From assembly GCA_046563655.1 (NCBI GenBank), contig CM102289.1, positions 6,696,001 to 6,760,000 on the forward strand: a DNA stretch of 64,000 nucleotides. Reading direction: 5' to 3'. The first letter of the stretch is position 1, and each line of letters opens with the position of its first letter. A model generated the notes under the pieces. The model saw nothing but the letters and a program-made list of their open reading frames with translations, searched no databases and was not told the DNA's origin. Positions 50,030-61,900 of this stretch are shown here, piece by piece. The position numbers and the translations under genes were made by a program. Source of the stretch: Yuukianura sp. NJ FZ-2021. Its lineage: Eukaryota.

Positions 50030-50689
50030 TTAATCAGTTAAACCGAATTTATTTGAAGGAAAAATAAAATTTTAGCAAATCAACATTTTTAAATTTTAGC
50101 GGATACGCCTTGCAGTTGCAATGGTCTATTTTTTGTGGAATGGAATGTTTTCCCTGTCAATTTAAATTTGAACGTGGTACTACATTTCCATTAGTTAGTA
50201 TTATTCAAAATTTTGACATTCCGTAATCTGTTTTGCTTTTCACGTAGTTTTGATGAGTTCACTGTCGATTAGACAGTCCGAAGTTGAATTAGTTCTCAAG
50301 GTTTTAATCGCAAAAACCTCTTTGTGCACCACACTACACCATTATTGCAGAACTCCGCTATGCCCTTCAGTTGACCTTGAACTTTTCAACAGCCTCCTCG
50401 CCACCGCACAAAAAAATCACGTTGGAGATTTCTACAATTACAAGCTTGCTATCTTCCTATCATGGGAACATGTGAATTTCCCTTCTATCGGTATAAGTTC
50501 CCTGCAATAAACTGCAAAGCAATGGAAGAAGAAAGAAACTCATGTTAAGCTTTATGACGGCTCCTGTCCTACTTTAATAAAATACAGCATCCGCCGGTTC
50601 GCGATTCCAGAAGACTTTTTCTAGAGCGAGAGATCTTCTGCAGGAAGGTAGAGAATTTCGTTCCGGTTTTTGTACTTTTCAGCACAACA

Positions 50690-52175
50690 ATGGGAAAAGT
50701 ATTGCTAATCGCGGGGTTAGTGTTGTCAGTAGTAGCAGCATGGGGAGTTTACAACGTTTTGAAAGACGGCGAGCCACCGGTCATTCCAGATTTCTACTGG
50801 GGACCAAAAGAAAAGGGGACCCATAAACAAGATACGTCAATCCGACCATTCAAAATCAACGTCGACGACAAAATTTTGGCGGATTTGAAACAGCGACTAA
50901 CTATTGAAAGTTCGGCTGATGGAAATCGGTTGACCCCACCACTGGAAGGAATCGGGTTTCAGTATGGATTTAACACAAATTTTCTGAAGACGGTTGTAAA
51001 TCATTGGTTGACGAAGTATGACTGGAGAGCTCGTGAGAAGATGCTGAACAAGTATCCGCATTTCAAAACGGATATTAATGGCCTTGACATTCACTTTCAA
51101 CATGTCAAACCGACTGCTAACAAGAAGTACAAGGAAACGAAACCACTTTTGCTGCTGCATGGATGGCCAGGGTCGATCATTGAATTCCAAAAAGTCATTC
51201 CCCTCCTGGTGGAACCGGCAAACTCTGAAATCAATTTTGAGGTAAATTTTTTTTTAATTTCTAAAAGAAATTTCAAATTATTTTGTGTAACATCAGTTAA
51301 CGTTCTTCAAATTTTCAAATCAGCTGATCATTCCATCTCTTCCTGGATATGGATTCTCCGACGCTCCTGTTCGTCCAGGACTCGGAATGGTTGAAACGGC
51401 GCCAATTTTTTTGAAGTTGATGAAACGACTGGGACATGAAACTTTTTACGTCCAAGGCGGTGACTGGGGAGCAATGATCGGAAGTCACATGGCAGCTCTG
51501 TATCCCAAGAACGTTTTAGGATACCACTCCAATATGTGCGTCAGCAATCACCCAGTATCAACTATCCGTCTTCTGATTGGTTCAATCTGCCCGTCCTGCT
51601 TTCTAGAAGAATCTGATGCTCAAAAAGTTTATCCACTGTCGAAATTCTTCAGTACTATGCTTGAGGAAACTGGTTACTTGCATCTCCAAGCAACAAAACC
51701 AGATACCGTGGGAGCTGGACTTTCAAATTCTCCCACCGGTCTGGCAGCCTACATAATGGAAAAATTTTCAACTTGGACGAATGAAGCATGGAAGACAAAG
51801 ACTGACGGAGGATTGGTTCCATACTATAAACTGGACGATCTTCTGGACAACGTTATGATCTATTGGGTCACAAACTCCATCACAACTTCAGTTCGGTTTT
51901 ACGCAGAGGGACTTTCAAAGAAGACTTTCGCTTATGAGATGGACAAAGTTCCAGTCAAAGTGCCCACTGGATGTTTCTCTTTGCGGAACGAATTTCTGGG
52001 ACAATCCGAATTTCAAATTCGTGACAAATTTCCCAACCTCGTGAGCTTCACTCGACACCCGACGGGCGGGCATTTCGCTTCTTTTGAACTGCCAGAACCA
52101 TTTGCTGTCGATGTCATTAAATTCTTCAACATTGTCTACAATAACGACAAAAGCGGCAAAGCTAAGACTCAGTAA
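50690..52175 (+). CDS. JHEH: Juvenile hormone/microsomal epoxide hydrolase, 2 exons (intron ~51242-51322)
   Basis: N-terminal TM, YWG, IRPF, HGWPGS, PSLPGYGFS, QGGDWG, HLQATKPDT, GGHFA. Confidence 0.94.
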
Positions 52176-52900
52176 AACCCAGAAGCTATTTTCCTTACTT
52201 ATTCAAATTTTTCGGTTCCTTACAAAAACAATTAGCAATTTATGAAAACCTTAAAATTCTTTGGAGATGAAAGTTACAAAATATTTAGATATGACAAATC
52301 CGTTCATGAGGCTTTAATAAACTAAAACATGGAACTGATTTTGAGCTTACTTTGTTACTGATTTCTGAAAATTTTGATTTCTTTTCTTTTCTTTTTTCAA
52401 AAATGTGTCATTCCGGTTCTTGGTTGTTGGAAAGGACGCATTATGATTGATTATTTTAACCTAAATTTAATTAAGATCAATTTAGAGAAATTCTGGAAGG
52501 ATTGTTCATTGACGTCAAACTCAAAGCAATGTTGGAAGAAACCACAATTTCCGTAGACCTTTTTGTTTTTCTGGTCATTATGACTATAAAGACAAGCGAC
52601 ATTTTCCTAAATTTTAATTATTAATTTCACACCGTCTTCCTTGTAAAAGCAGAACAAATTTAAGTGTTGATAGCTTGTTAGGAAACTAAAGTTTTCAAAG
52701 GTTTAGTGCAAGGATATAAATCTAGATTTTGAAAACCGCAGAAAATAATGAGACCCGAGTGTTCTGAAACAAATTGATTACTACTGCAGCAGGAAGATTC
52801 CAAAAAATTAGTTCAATTTCAAATGTGCTTTGTTCCAAAGTTCAACATCAGTATCATTTTTGTTGTCAAAATTTTGTGACAAAAAATACTGAAACAAAAA

Positions 52901-54796
52901 ATGGGTTCCACATTGTTCTGGATTCTCGGAATTCTAACTTGCTGGACCACTGTCACTGGAAGGCATATCACGACAAGGTGTATCCATTTTTACGATGTGT
53001 ACAATTGCATGGAGTACAGTTGCGACAAAATTTTGGATTTAGCAACATATGAAAAAGATTTTAAAAAAGACACGGATGAATTTATAGAAAATTCGAGAAT
53101 TTGTGAAGCCACTACTCCAATTCAAAATGCTCCTGGAAAGAGTTACAGCGAGTTTCCTCCAAAGTAATTTTGAAATCAAATCTAAACTTAAATAAGCATT
53201 TTCAAGTTTATTTTCTGAAATTTCGATTTTTTTTGTTTCAGATATTTAAATTTTGGAAACAGATCAACATCATTTTTTCATCATCTCAAGGACAAGCATA
53301 CAAAAACAAACAAATACTGCTACGATAAAATGGAGCCTACGACTGGACCAGACACTAGCGCAGAAATACTTGAACCACAGAGCAGGAAATACAAAATTTG
53401 CACTCCCATTAAACCGTATATTGTACGTCAGTTTTTCTAATCTTATTTATTGGAACTCAAAACTTTAAAAAAATTAGTCGAAACTTTTATTTTGTACAGA
53501 ACAAGCAAATTCGTGACTACCAACAAATTTCTACTTTTGTCTCACCCATTTTCATATTTTTGCCAATTTGCGTCTTTCTACTCACCTACGAAATTCAAAA
53601 TTTTCATGGATGGACTCATTTTACGAATGCCTGTTGCGTGTTTAGCCTTTACATTTCTTGGGGTCTGCGCTATTTGTACTTCAGAGAAAGTAATGTTGGA
53701 CTTGGAAGTTTCCGCTGCACAAGTTTCGCAGCAGTTCAACACTATTTGCATATCAGCGTCTTCTCTTGGCTCGTTGTGGCTTGTCATGATCTTCAAAAAC
53801 TGGCGTAACTTATAAAAAAAATTCTTAAAAAATACTATTTTATAAAGTTCATATTTTTTGGTCCTAGGGAATCACATTCTTCAGGAAAAAGTCTTGACAC
53901 AAAGAAACAAATTGTCATGTACACAAAACTTTCAATTTTTGGTTGGGGAATTCCGGCAGCGTACCTTGGATTTCTAAAATTTGTTGCAATAGTGTTCACG
54001 TAATTGCTCGAAAAACATTTTTAGAAAAAGTGAAATTTTAGCCTTCTTAACTTTCTGAAAATTTATTTCTACAGATCCCTTGGCATGGACAGTCAAAGTT
54101 ACTTTGCCTCTTTCATTTTACCGGAATATGGAAAATTTCGTTGCTTTTTGGCTTTCAACGCTTACTGGCTTCATCTGTTCTTTCCAACTCTGACACTATT
54201 TGTGGCAGCCATTTTCTATAACTGGAGAACGTTGAGAATCATTCTACAAAACAAAAATGATCTATCGATGGAACATGCTGTACAAAAAGTTAATGTCATA
54301 AGGTAGGCAACTTAAAAAAAATTCAAAAATCAGTATTCTAAAAATGCTTCTTTTTCTTCAGAAACATGGCTTGTCTAAGAGCCATAACTTTAGCGTCTGT
54401 TTGTTGGGGCTGCGACGTATTTCGGTCTCTCCTGACAGCATATGACCGTGGAGGCTTGCTCTGGCTGCGTGTTCTTTTGGACACAATTATTTTGTACCAA
54501 ACAATTCCAATTTGCTTCATCTACTCATGTAGACCGCATATTCTAAATCACATGGAAGCCAAATATCCTGTTCTCAGTTGTAAGTAAATCGGGAAACATG
54601 GTTAAAAACCTAGGAATTTGTGACAAAATTTTGTTAAAAATATAATTTTTTCTTAGGTCCCATCGAAGCTAGCCGGAAATATCTGCACATCAAACGGAAG
54701 GAAGTTGACCCAGACGTCGTCACACAACTACGCGTTCACCGTAAAAGTGAAGGCGACATTCTTGAGCTACAACAGAGGTCACTCCAATCTTCATAA
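52901..54796 (+). CDS. Divergent Methuselah-like (family B) GPCR, multi-exon
   Basis: Signal peptide and Cys-containing ectodomain, then 'YTKLSIFGWGIP', 'PEYGKFRCFL', 'LFFPTLTLF', 'VCWGCDVF' and 'ICFIYSCRPHI'. Internal splice sites are partly uncertain. Confidence 0.6.
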
Positions 54797-55913
54797 ATTT
54801 TGTGTTCCTAACTCAACTTAGAAATCAATAGTTAAGGTAGAATGGATTTTTTAGTTAACTGCAAACTACAAATTAACATTGTAGATAACATGCTAAAACT
54901 CGAATTACCGTTGCATAATACCGCTTTTTATTTTTTCCTTCCTAAAGTGGGTAATATGCTTGTTTGATGCAAATACTAACCTAACTTTTTTTTTTGAAAA
55001 TGTCTGTATCTAATGCCGGCAGACAAGGTTTTGGAAGGTTTCAAGCTAATGAGTGCAAAATACAACGTAAAAGATGAATTCTCAGGATTTACGACGTAGT
55101 AAGCTTTTTTTTCTGAGATTCAGTTGGGTTAGCATGAGTTACGGGATCTAGGATTTGGTCCATGGACGGGAGATGCGTAGGTGAAAGCAAGCGGAGGACC
55201 AAGACGGAGGAAAAATCGATGCAGAGATCCCTTCCGAATCCAAAAAGTCTCATTTTAGCTCCAGAGACTTTCACTTTCACTTCCTCTACTTTCACTTCCA
55301 CGTCGTCTCCCTTCCTGCTCTTTAAACAGTTCTCAAGAACTAACAAAAAACTTATTCGTTTCAGTTCGTGACATGCAGTGACCCAAGCTACACAGTTCGT
55401 AGTTTCGCACACTCCCATGTGTAGTTCACTTATTCCTAGTTTTGTAGAACTAAATCGCTGGAAGTTGACGCCTACTTCCAGGTTTTGTCACTCCGAAAGT
55501 CCATCGCACACTAAATCTTGAGCTAATTAATTGTTCAGTGTCGAAGCAAGAGACTTTGTAAAGTGGGGAACTTTCTCCTGGAACTTTTTAAATCTTTCCG
55601 CTCGTTCTGCCTCTTCTGTGTTGTTTGCGTGTTTGGTGTCAATAAGGTTAAGTCTCAGGTTTAGACACGTGGGAGGAGGTGCCACTTTGGCTAAGAGGGG
55701 AACTTCAAACTCCTTGTCAAGGAATGATTGACAACTTCGACGGCGGCTTGGAGACAAAACGGGACAATGAATTTGCAATGAGAACACGGCTATTTCATTA
55801 ACTAAATTTAGTTTTTGTGCGAATATAATTGCCAAATTGGATTTATTTTGATAAATTTTATGAAAAGTTGTTCCTCTTGGTTTTTAATTGATCTTGTTTA
55901 ACAAAATCCCGAA

Positions 55914-58900
55914 ATGTCGGCAATTGTGGAACTTCCGAGCTTATCGGAGAGTACAGAGGAGGACTACTCTGTGCCAATTCCAATTCAGACTTTCCTTTGG
56001 AGCCAAACGTGTCCATTTATCAGGCCTAAACTGGGAAAACTACACGAGGCAACGTGTGTCGTAAGTTCAAACATCTTTTGCACTAATTAAAGAAGTTATT
56101 ATAAAGTTAAAGAGCACAAAAATTAAATTTTGTCAAAATAAAATTTTCAAAAGAATTTCAGCGATCAATATCAATATGCCTTAGTTTAAAGATTTCGTTC
56201 ACTTGAATTCCAACTGCTGAAAATTTTGAAATTTAAATTTTGAAAGCATGCTGGAAATATAATTTAGTAATGCAGGTCTAAAAAATAATTCCGAAATGTG
56301 AGAAAATATTAAAACAATAAACTTTCGCGGAATTTACCAAAAGTTTCATCAAATTTGGTGACTAACGGTGTAGTCATAAGTTCGCAAATTTTTTTAAATA
56401 TTTTTTTTTTCGCAACTACGAAAACTTGGCACTTAAATTCTAATAGCTTAAGAAATGTGTAGAGTCGAATTTCGAACGGATAAAGTGTTACACACTTAAA
56501 GCATTGAAACTTTTGACTTTTGCTGCATAAAGTTAGGTTCAGTTTAGGTTGCATATAGGAAGTAAGTTGGGAATTATAGATTTTTATTAGGGTCATTAAG
56601 CTCTTGCCTACTAAAGATCCTAGGAGAAAGTTCTGATTGTGCTACCGTAGGCTCAAAGACTATTCAAACCCACCCGCGCTCTAAGAGCTTTCCAAATCCA
56701 AGAAAATGATGGATATAATTTGGGCGGAGATACATGTGAAAGGTACAGAAAAGTGTCGACTAGCCAAGCCAAACACTAATGTGTGCTTCAAAAGGCTAAA
56801 AATTTCTTCGAAATTACTTTTTTTTTGTCTCATTTTGAATGAATAGAAAGCGAGGTGACTTTTCCAATTTTAATTTTTGGCGCTTCTCATTTCTGTTTTA
56901 AAAATGGATAACCAATAATGAAGTTTTTAAATTTAAAAAAGTCTTGGCGGTGGCAGTTTAACCTCAATTGGGATAGTTCAATGCTTTTAATTTTGAGCAA
57001 AATCAGATTGTAGCAAAACTAGAACTAAAATTGTGAAAAAAGTTAGTTTGGGTTTTTGGAAACTTTGCGGAGAAAGTCAGGCTCGCTGCGCTGTTGATTA
57101 ATTTGATTAGAGTGAAAGGTTAGCAATGTTAATGATGAGAATTGCATGATAGCGTGCAGTGCCTTGCGATGGATCCACACTTTTCCGCGCCAGACGGCCA
57201 AAGTAGGCTTTGACAAACATGTCCATCCATCTGCTTTCACTCTCACTTTAGAACCAACACCAAAAGTTTTCCTTCAACAACAAATTGTTCAACTACAAAC
57301 TGCTCAACAGCCTGTCATTATCCTAGTTGGTGACACCTACCCCTTACATTTGGCGCTCAATTTGCTTAAAAAAAATCCACCATACAGACAACAATTTAAA
57401 CAGCCATTATACTAAGCAAACAACTTAAAAAGCTTTCAAGCTTATGAGAATTAGCTAAGTATCAATTACTTGAAATTTTTCTTTTCTTTGCCACGTCCGC
57501 TTTCATTCATAACTTTGACGAATCGGATTAAATTGTAGACAAAGCGAGAATTGGAAAGTGAGTTCACTGAAGTATTTTCTTTTAGTTGAACACTTTTTTG
57601 TTGAGTTTTTTCTTGTTGCTCATTTTCAGTAAAGCACTATGTATTGGCGGTTTCAGATAAAATTTTGAGTGAAAAGGCGACCAGGTTTTAGGTTGAGGTC
57701 CAGAGAAAGTGAAATGCGTCCCAACTGGGTAATACTGTGATCGTAAAAATCACTGGCGGAAATGCAAGGATTAATAGTCAAGATACGGAGTGACCCGAAA
57801 GGTCATGACCTCCACTGAGGACCATTTGACTCTTGTTGAGGTTGAGCACTTAAGCTATTGTAAACCTTTAGCTGTTCCGTGTCCGTGTCACGCTTGAAAA
57901 AAAATCTGAGATTTCTTACGTTTACACCATAAGTTCATGCACGATTTTTTTGTTAATAAACGGAAAAGTGTCATAAATTACATCAAAAGTTTCCTGGAAA
58001 TATCAAAAAAATGACACAAATGAGCGTTGTAAATCTTAAAATTAAAGATAAAAAGCAAAATATATTTTGCAATTGTAACAACGAAGTTTAAATGAGTTTT
58101 TTTTTAAGAAATTCTAGGTGTCAGGATTGCTAGAAAAATATGTTGGAAAAAGAAATTTATGCAAAATCAGATTAAAATTTATTTACTTTTTTCAAATGTG
58201 TTTATACGTTTCTAACTAACTTGTAATTTTTTGTACCAAAAGTTTTGCCAAGTCCCAACGACAATTCATGTAAGCCCAGCCACTCACTAATCTCTTTCAC
58301 TAAAATTCTGCTCGAATGTCAATGACCTTTTGTGACCTTTACCTTTTGGCTGTACGTTTTACTTAATTTAACAAAGTTTAATTCAATACCGTAATGTTCC
58401 GCCTGCGTTTCTCCCGTCTCGTAATTACTGTAATTTAACCCCTGTGCATATCAGCAGCATTTTGGTGGTTCTATTTTTGGTCCTTACAGTATTTGAGGCA
58501 TGAATTTGGTCATGTCATGCTTCGCAATGTCATTTTACTGTGACATGTCCAAAACTCTGTCTTCAACGTAGAGCTTTTCTCTCCTGTCGTCATGTATCGT
58601 CTTTTCCTTTCACTTTTAGGCATTTTTCTTTCCTTGATGAAATGGAATGGAAATGCTTTTCCAATATTCTGTGTTAGGTTTTTAGAACCAATTTCTTACG
58701 CAAACGAAGTCAGTGCTATTTTTTCAAACTAGCCACCTCTTTTTCGTCTCGTCTGTTTTCTCCTCAAAATCAAATTGTCTTCTTCCTTTTGTTCTCATTT
58801 CCATTTTAGGAATGGCCGATATTGGACGATTTTTAATATTTTGATAGACACGCCTTTCAGTTGACTGTAAGCGGAGGTCAAAACAAAAGGAATCTGTGAC

Positions 58901-61900
58901 CTTTGACCTCCGAGCTAAACATCGCTGTATCAAAAAGTATATATTATTGTAAACCGTGCGTAGTTTAGATTTGGTATAAAATAGTAATTGTGGATGGTAA
59001 AAGCCTGTTTTTACGTTTTGTTGGAGCTGGGCATCGTGAATTATTGCTTCAAGATGTCTCGATTTTTTTTTAAATGGAAAAATTTCTGAAAAACGAGCAG
59101 TGAATAATTTCCGTTGTTCTTGTTCTTTACACGCAAAATTTCTAAATTCTTGGACAATTTTTTGAACACAGGAAATCAGAGAAGCTTGCAAGGTAACACA
59201 AACGAAAATACCGTAAAACTTGTAATAAGTTCTATAAATAACTTAACTAGTTGGCAAAAAAAGATAAGTTGATAAATCTTGATATTCAAAGATATCAAAA
59301 ATAGTGGTGATCTCTTATGATGGCAATTTTACTTTAGCCTCTTATTTGAAGTTTTACGGTAAACTTGTAGCGTTATTTGCATGCAGTTTTACCAAGTGAA
59401 GACTACTTTTAATCGACTAAATATTTTCCAATTTGAGAAAGCCCATTATTCTGATTTGAGAAATTTCAATAAAACTAAATTGATTTTTAGTCTCTGGAGA
59501 AAGTGCTCGTACAGAACATTCAGTTTGGACTTTCTCCAAGCTTAACAGAAGCGATGAAAACTGTTCCAAGGTGGCGGATGATTCAAACAGCATTTCCACA
59601 CGTGATGCACTGTACTGCTCAACTGCTAGGAAACAGGTTAAATGCTTCAAAAAAATTGGAATTTTTAATGATTTGAAAATTTCGTGACAGAGAATCAAAA
59701 TTTTAGAAAACAGAGTGGTATACAAAGTGGACTTGGTGCGGCGGAAACAAAACTGTTGTACACGCTTCATTGGATTTTGATGGATTGTGCTGAGGAGTGC
59801 GCAGACGCTGATTTTGAAAAAAGAATAAACCATGCAAGCTCGTTTCATTTTTTGTTTCCGATTTCAACAGTGACGGTAAGAAACAAGACAAACTTTTTTT
59901 GACAAAAAAAAATTGACTTTTTTGTGGTTCTATATTTTTAGCTTTTCGTGTACCTATTTGGCCCTCTGTGTCACCAATTAAGATCAACAGATTTTAACAA
60001 CTTTCGACTAGAAAATGGATACCGCCTTTGGCCAGCCATGTGGGGTCACAAGACGCCTGACCTCGTCACGTTCACATGCGCAGTCAAGCCGCAACAGTAC
60101 CTTGACCCCTACTTTGTTCGGAAAGTCAAAAAAGACATTTACGGGGACGTGTTCGTTGGTGGAAGTAAGTAACTGCAGTGTTGTATATATTTCACGGTAG
60201 GGTACTTTTTTTTTCGTTTCAGTGAAGCAAACTGAAAAATTGAAAAAAAAACTGAAACAACCACTGCTGTTGTGTTTAGTTTAGTTTCTTTCACATGGAG
60301 TTTTTTTTTGCTTAGGATTTTCTTTAGTTAATTTCAGTTTTTTCACTTTTCACTGAAAAGTGAAATATTTCACTGCTAACACTGAATAACTGTCAGGTCA
60401 TAAACATTTCTGACCTGACCAATGACTGTCACCGCAAAATGTAACGATTCTCTTATTTTCCAGGAGCGCCCAAAGCTGACGAAGGTCCGCAACCAGCTCG
60501 TTCGACGTCTACACCACCCCCAACTCCGGAACATGTCAAGGCCGAGTACAGCACTAACCTTGTGCTGGAAGAAGAACTAGAAAAGTTGGTTTCAGCTCCA
60601 TCAGCATCAGGCTCAGGAGGTCAACAGGTCACTGGACCATTTCCAGAAACTATTCCAGAGGAGTCCTCCAGCAACGAAGAAGAGCACGTAATGATTTTTC
60701 GGTTAGGTTCCATTCCAGAATCGGACGGTCTCAAAGAAGGAACTCTCTTCAAAGTCAGTCACGTGAGTCACAACAGGTTTTAAGTTTACCGCTAAATTCA
60801 AATTTTGAAAGTTTAAACTTACCATCTTAGGTTACTGTTCGTCAGTCCAGCAGTGAGTCAAACAAAGTTTCACCAGCTGAGAAGGCTAAGGATAGGAAGG
60901 GCTCAACGGAGTTCCGTTCCCGGACGGATTCTTCTCCGCGAACTTCGATTTCCCGCGGAAACGGAGCGTACGTTCCGGCTCAACCGACTCCAAGTTCATG
61001 CAGTTCGTCAATCACAGCAAAACCGCCATCGGCATCCAAACCGCCCGGTTTAGGAAACTTTACGACCTGGAAAAAACAATGTCTGGCAACTTTCATGGTT
61101 AGTTAAGCTCACTAACCTAATTTATTCCACCAAAACTTAACATATTCAAACAAATTGTGTTTAACCTAACCTTCCAGGATGTAGCCGTCATGCGTTGTGT
61201 TTTTATTCCACATTGGGAAGAGGAAGGAGTTGTGTGGGGGTTAACATTTTTGTTAAAGCGATTAGAAGAAGTTGCAGCATTGAAGGAACTGATCGCTAAA
61301 GAAAAGAATTTAACACAAAGACCTCGTAGCAACTCGCTTCCAACGCCAAAACCAAACAAAGCTGCCTATTTGGCCGAACTTGCGAGCATGCGAAGTTCGG
61401 AACGCGAGAGTAAAGACAGTAGTGATACGACTAAAATTAAACTAAAACCGTCTCTTAGCACAAAGTCACACAAAAGTTCCGGTGGATCGCAGCAGTTCAT
61501 TTCATACTCAGCTTGTTCGTCGCCAACTGCTGAACGCAGATCAACGAGTCGGCGCGGAAGTGAGAAAGGATCGAAGAAAAAATTGACGATGTCTGATCTC
61601 CGAGCTTTTGTGGAAACCAAACTCCTGTCGAAGTCTGACAAAGCTTTAGAAAAAGCTGGAGAAGTTCACCCGGTAATTTCAAAATTTCATAAAAAATGAC
61701 AATTTTTTTAGAAAAAATTTATTTTGTTCTTTGAACAGGAGAAACCGGAAAAAGAAGTTGACGATTCCCCAAGACCGCAATCGGCTCTTGACCGTCGCGA
61801 TGAAATTGAAAAAACCGCGCGCGTAACTGGAACCGGCAAAATGGGAGACAACTTTTTCGCTGAACAATCGAATCTGTTCAAAGGAAAAAGTATGCCCAGC

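Noticed and set aside
55089..55835. ORFs upstream of UNC-80
   Set aside because: Probably promoter or 5'UTR sequence; no recognisable protein.
58724..59191. 155-aa minus-strand ORF in the UNC-80 intron
   Set aside because: No motifs, intron-like composition and a non-ATG start.
60215..60375. Possible inverted repeat ('tttcagtgaa...ttcactgaaa') in an UNC-80 intron
   Set aside because: Low-complexity A/T tracts; termini and TSD not definable.
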